24,769 bases of DNA from Candidatus Fermentibacteraceae bacterium (GTDB lineage: Bacteria > Fermentibacterota > Fermentibacteria > Fermentibacterales > JCC-6). The stretch covers positions 18,505 to 43,273 of the forward strand of contig JAWLEP010000021.1 of assembly GCA_041686025.1 (NCBI GenBank). The letters run 5' to 3'. The position numbers were made by a program, and so were the translations under genes. Position 1 is the stretch's first letter. The number at the start of each line of letters is the position of its first letter. Below the pieces are notes generated by a model, which saw nothing but the letters and a program-made list of their open reading frames with translations, made no database searches and was not told the origin of the DNA. Positions 24,156 to 24,769 of this stretch are shown here, one piece after another.

Positions 24156-24769
24156 ATGTTCAAGCGCCCCGAGATAATCGAGTACCTGGACGATACGGGC
24201 GACCATATCGTCAACAGGGTTCCCGAGGGAGGCTCCGGCGAGTTCAGGCTGGGCAGCCAGCTCCTGGTGCGGGAGAACCAGGAGGCGGTGTTCTACCGTG
24301 ACGGGAAGGCCCTGGACACCTTCGGCCCCGGCCGCCACACGCTGACCACCCAGAACGTACCCCTTCTCGCCGGCCTGGTGGACATGGCCTTCGCGGACAA
24401 GGGCTCGCCCTTCCGGGCGGAGGTCTATTTCGTCAACAAGAAGACCTTCACCGAGATGAAATGGGGGACCAAGGAGCCCATTATCTTCCGCGACAAGGAG
24501 CTGGCCATGGTGCGCCTTCGCGCCTTCGGCCGGTTCTCCATAAAGGTGCGCAACGGCCAGCTGTTCATAAACAAGCTGGTGGGGACCGAGGGCAGGTTCA
24601 CCACTGACTCCATCGAGGGTTACCTCAAGGACGTCATAACCTCCAGGCTTGCCGACCTGCTCGGCGAGACAATCGAGACCCTCTTCGACCTGCCGCAGTA
24701 CTACGACGAGATCGCCACCATGTCCAAGACCCGCCTCGGCGATGACTTCGAGAAGTACGGCATCCAGCT
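24156..24769 (+). CDS. SPFH/band 7 domain protein, YdjI-like (partial, runs off the window)
   Basis: Not in the ORF track. ATG 24156 reads MFKRPEIIEY...GSQLLVRENQEAVFYRDGKALDTFGPGRHTLTTQNVP...EVYFVN...KWGT...RLRAFG. Confidence 0.88.
   Translation, partial: MFKRPEIIEYLDDTGDHIVNRVPEGGSGEFRLGSQLLVRENQEAVFYRDGKALDTFGPGRHTLTTQNVPLLAGLVDMAFADKGSPFRAEVYFVNKKTFTEMKWGTKEPIIFRDKELAMVRLRAFGRFSIKVRNGQLFINKLVGTEGRFTTDSIEGYLKDVITSRLADLLGETIETLFDLPQYYDEIATMSKTRLGDDFEKYGIQ

Overview
GC-rich bacterial chromosomal window (~24.8 kb) with about 21 CDS and no rRNA, tRNA, CRISPR or transposase seen. Secreted proteins ending in TWGGIKAL next to a T9SS/FlgD-tail protein suggest an uncultured FCB-group lineage such as Ca. 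Fermentibacterota (inference). In order: YhaO/YhaN-like nuclease-ATPase pair; two tandem secreted paralogs with a TWGGIKAL C-terminus; beta-propeller with T9SS-type tail; PrsW; PrsA/SurA-like lipoprotein; Trm112-fused methyltransferase; half-size GDT1; Wzx-like flippase; DUF481 barrel; a divergent SDR / serine palmitoyltransferase / GNAT trio matching the bacterial ceramide pathway (CerR, Spt, bCerS); short-form alaS; M42 peptidase; 5'-truncated rlmB; a perfect 37-bp inverted-repeat element with a third partial copy bracketing a zinc-ribbon membrane gene; ABC-type permease, ruvX, mltG; a hypothetical gene; and a partial YdjI-like SPFH gene. Best leads: the sphingolipid cluster with adjacent flippase and barrel, the TWGGIKAL putative sorting signal with its mosaic paralog, and the REPIN-like element. 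All family calls come from recognising motifs by eye; no searches were run.
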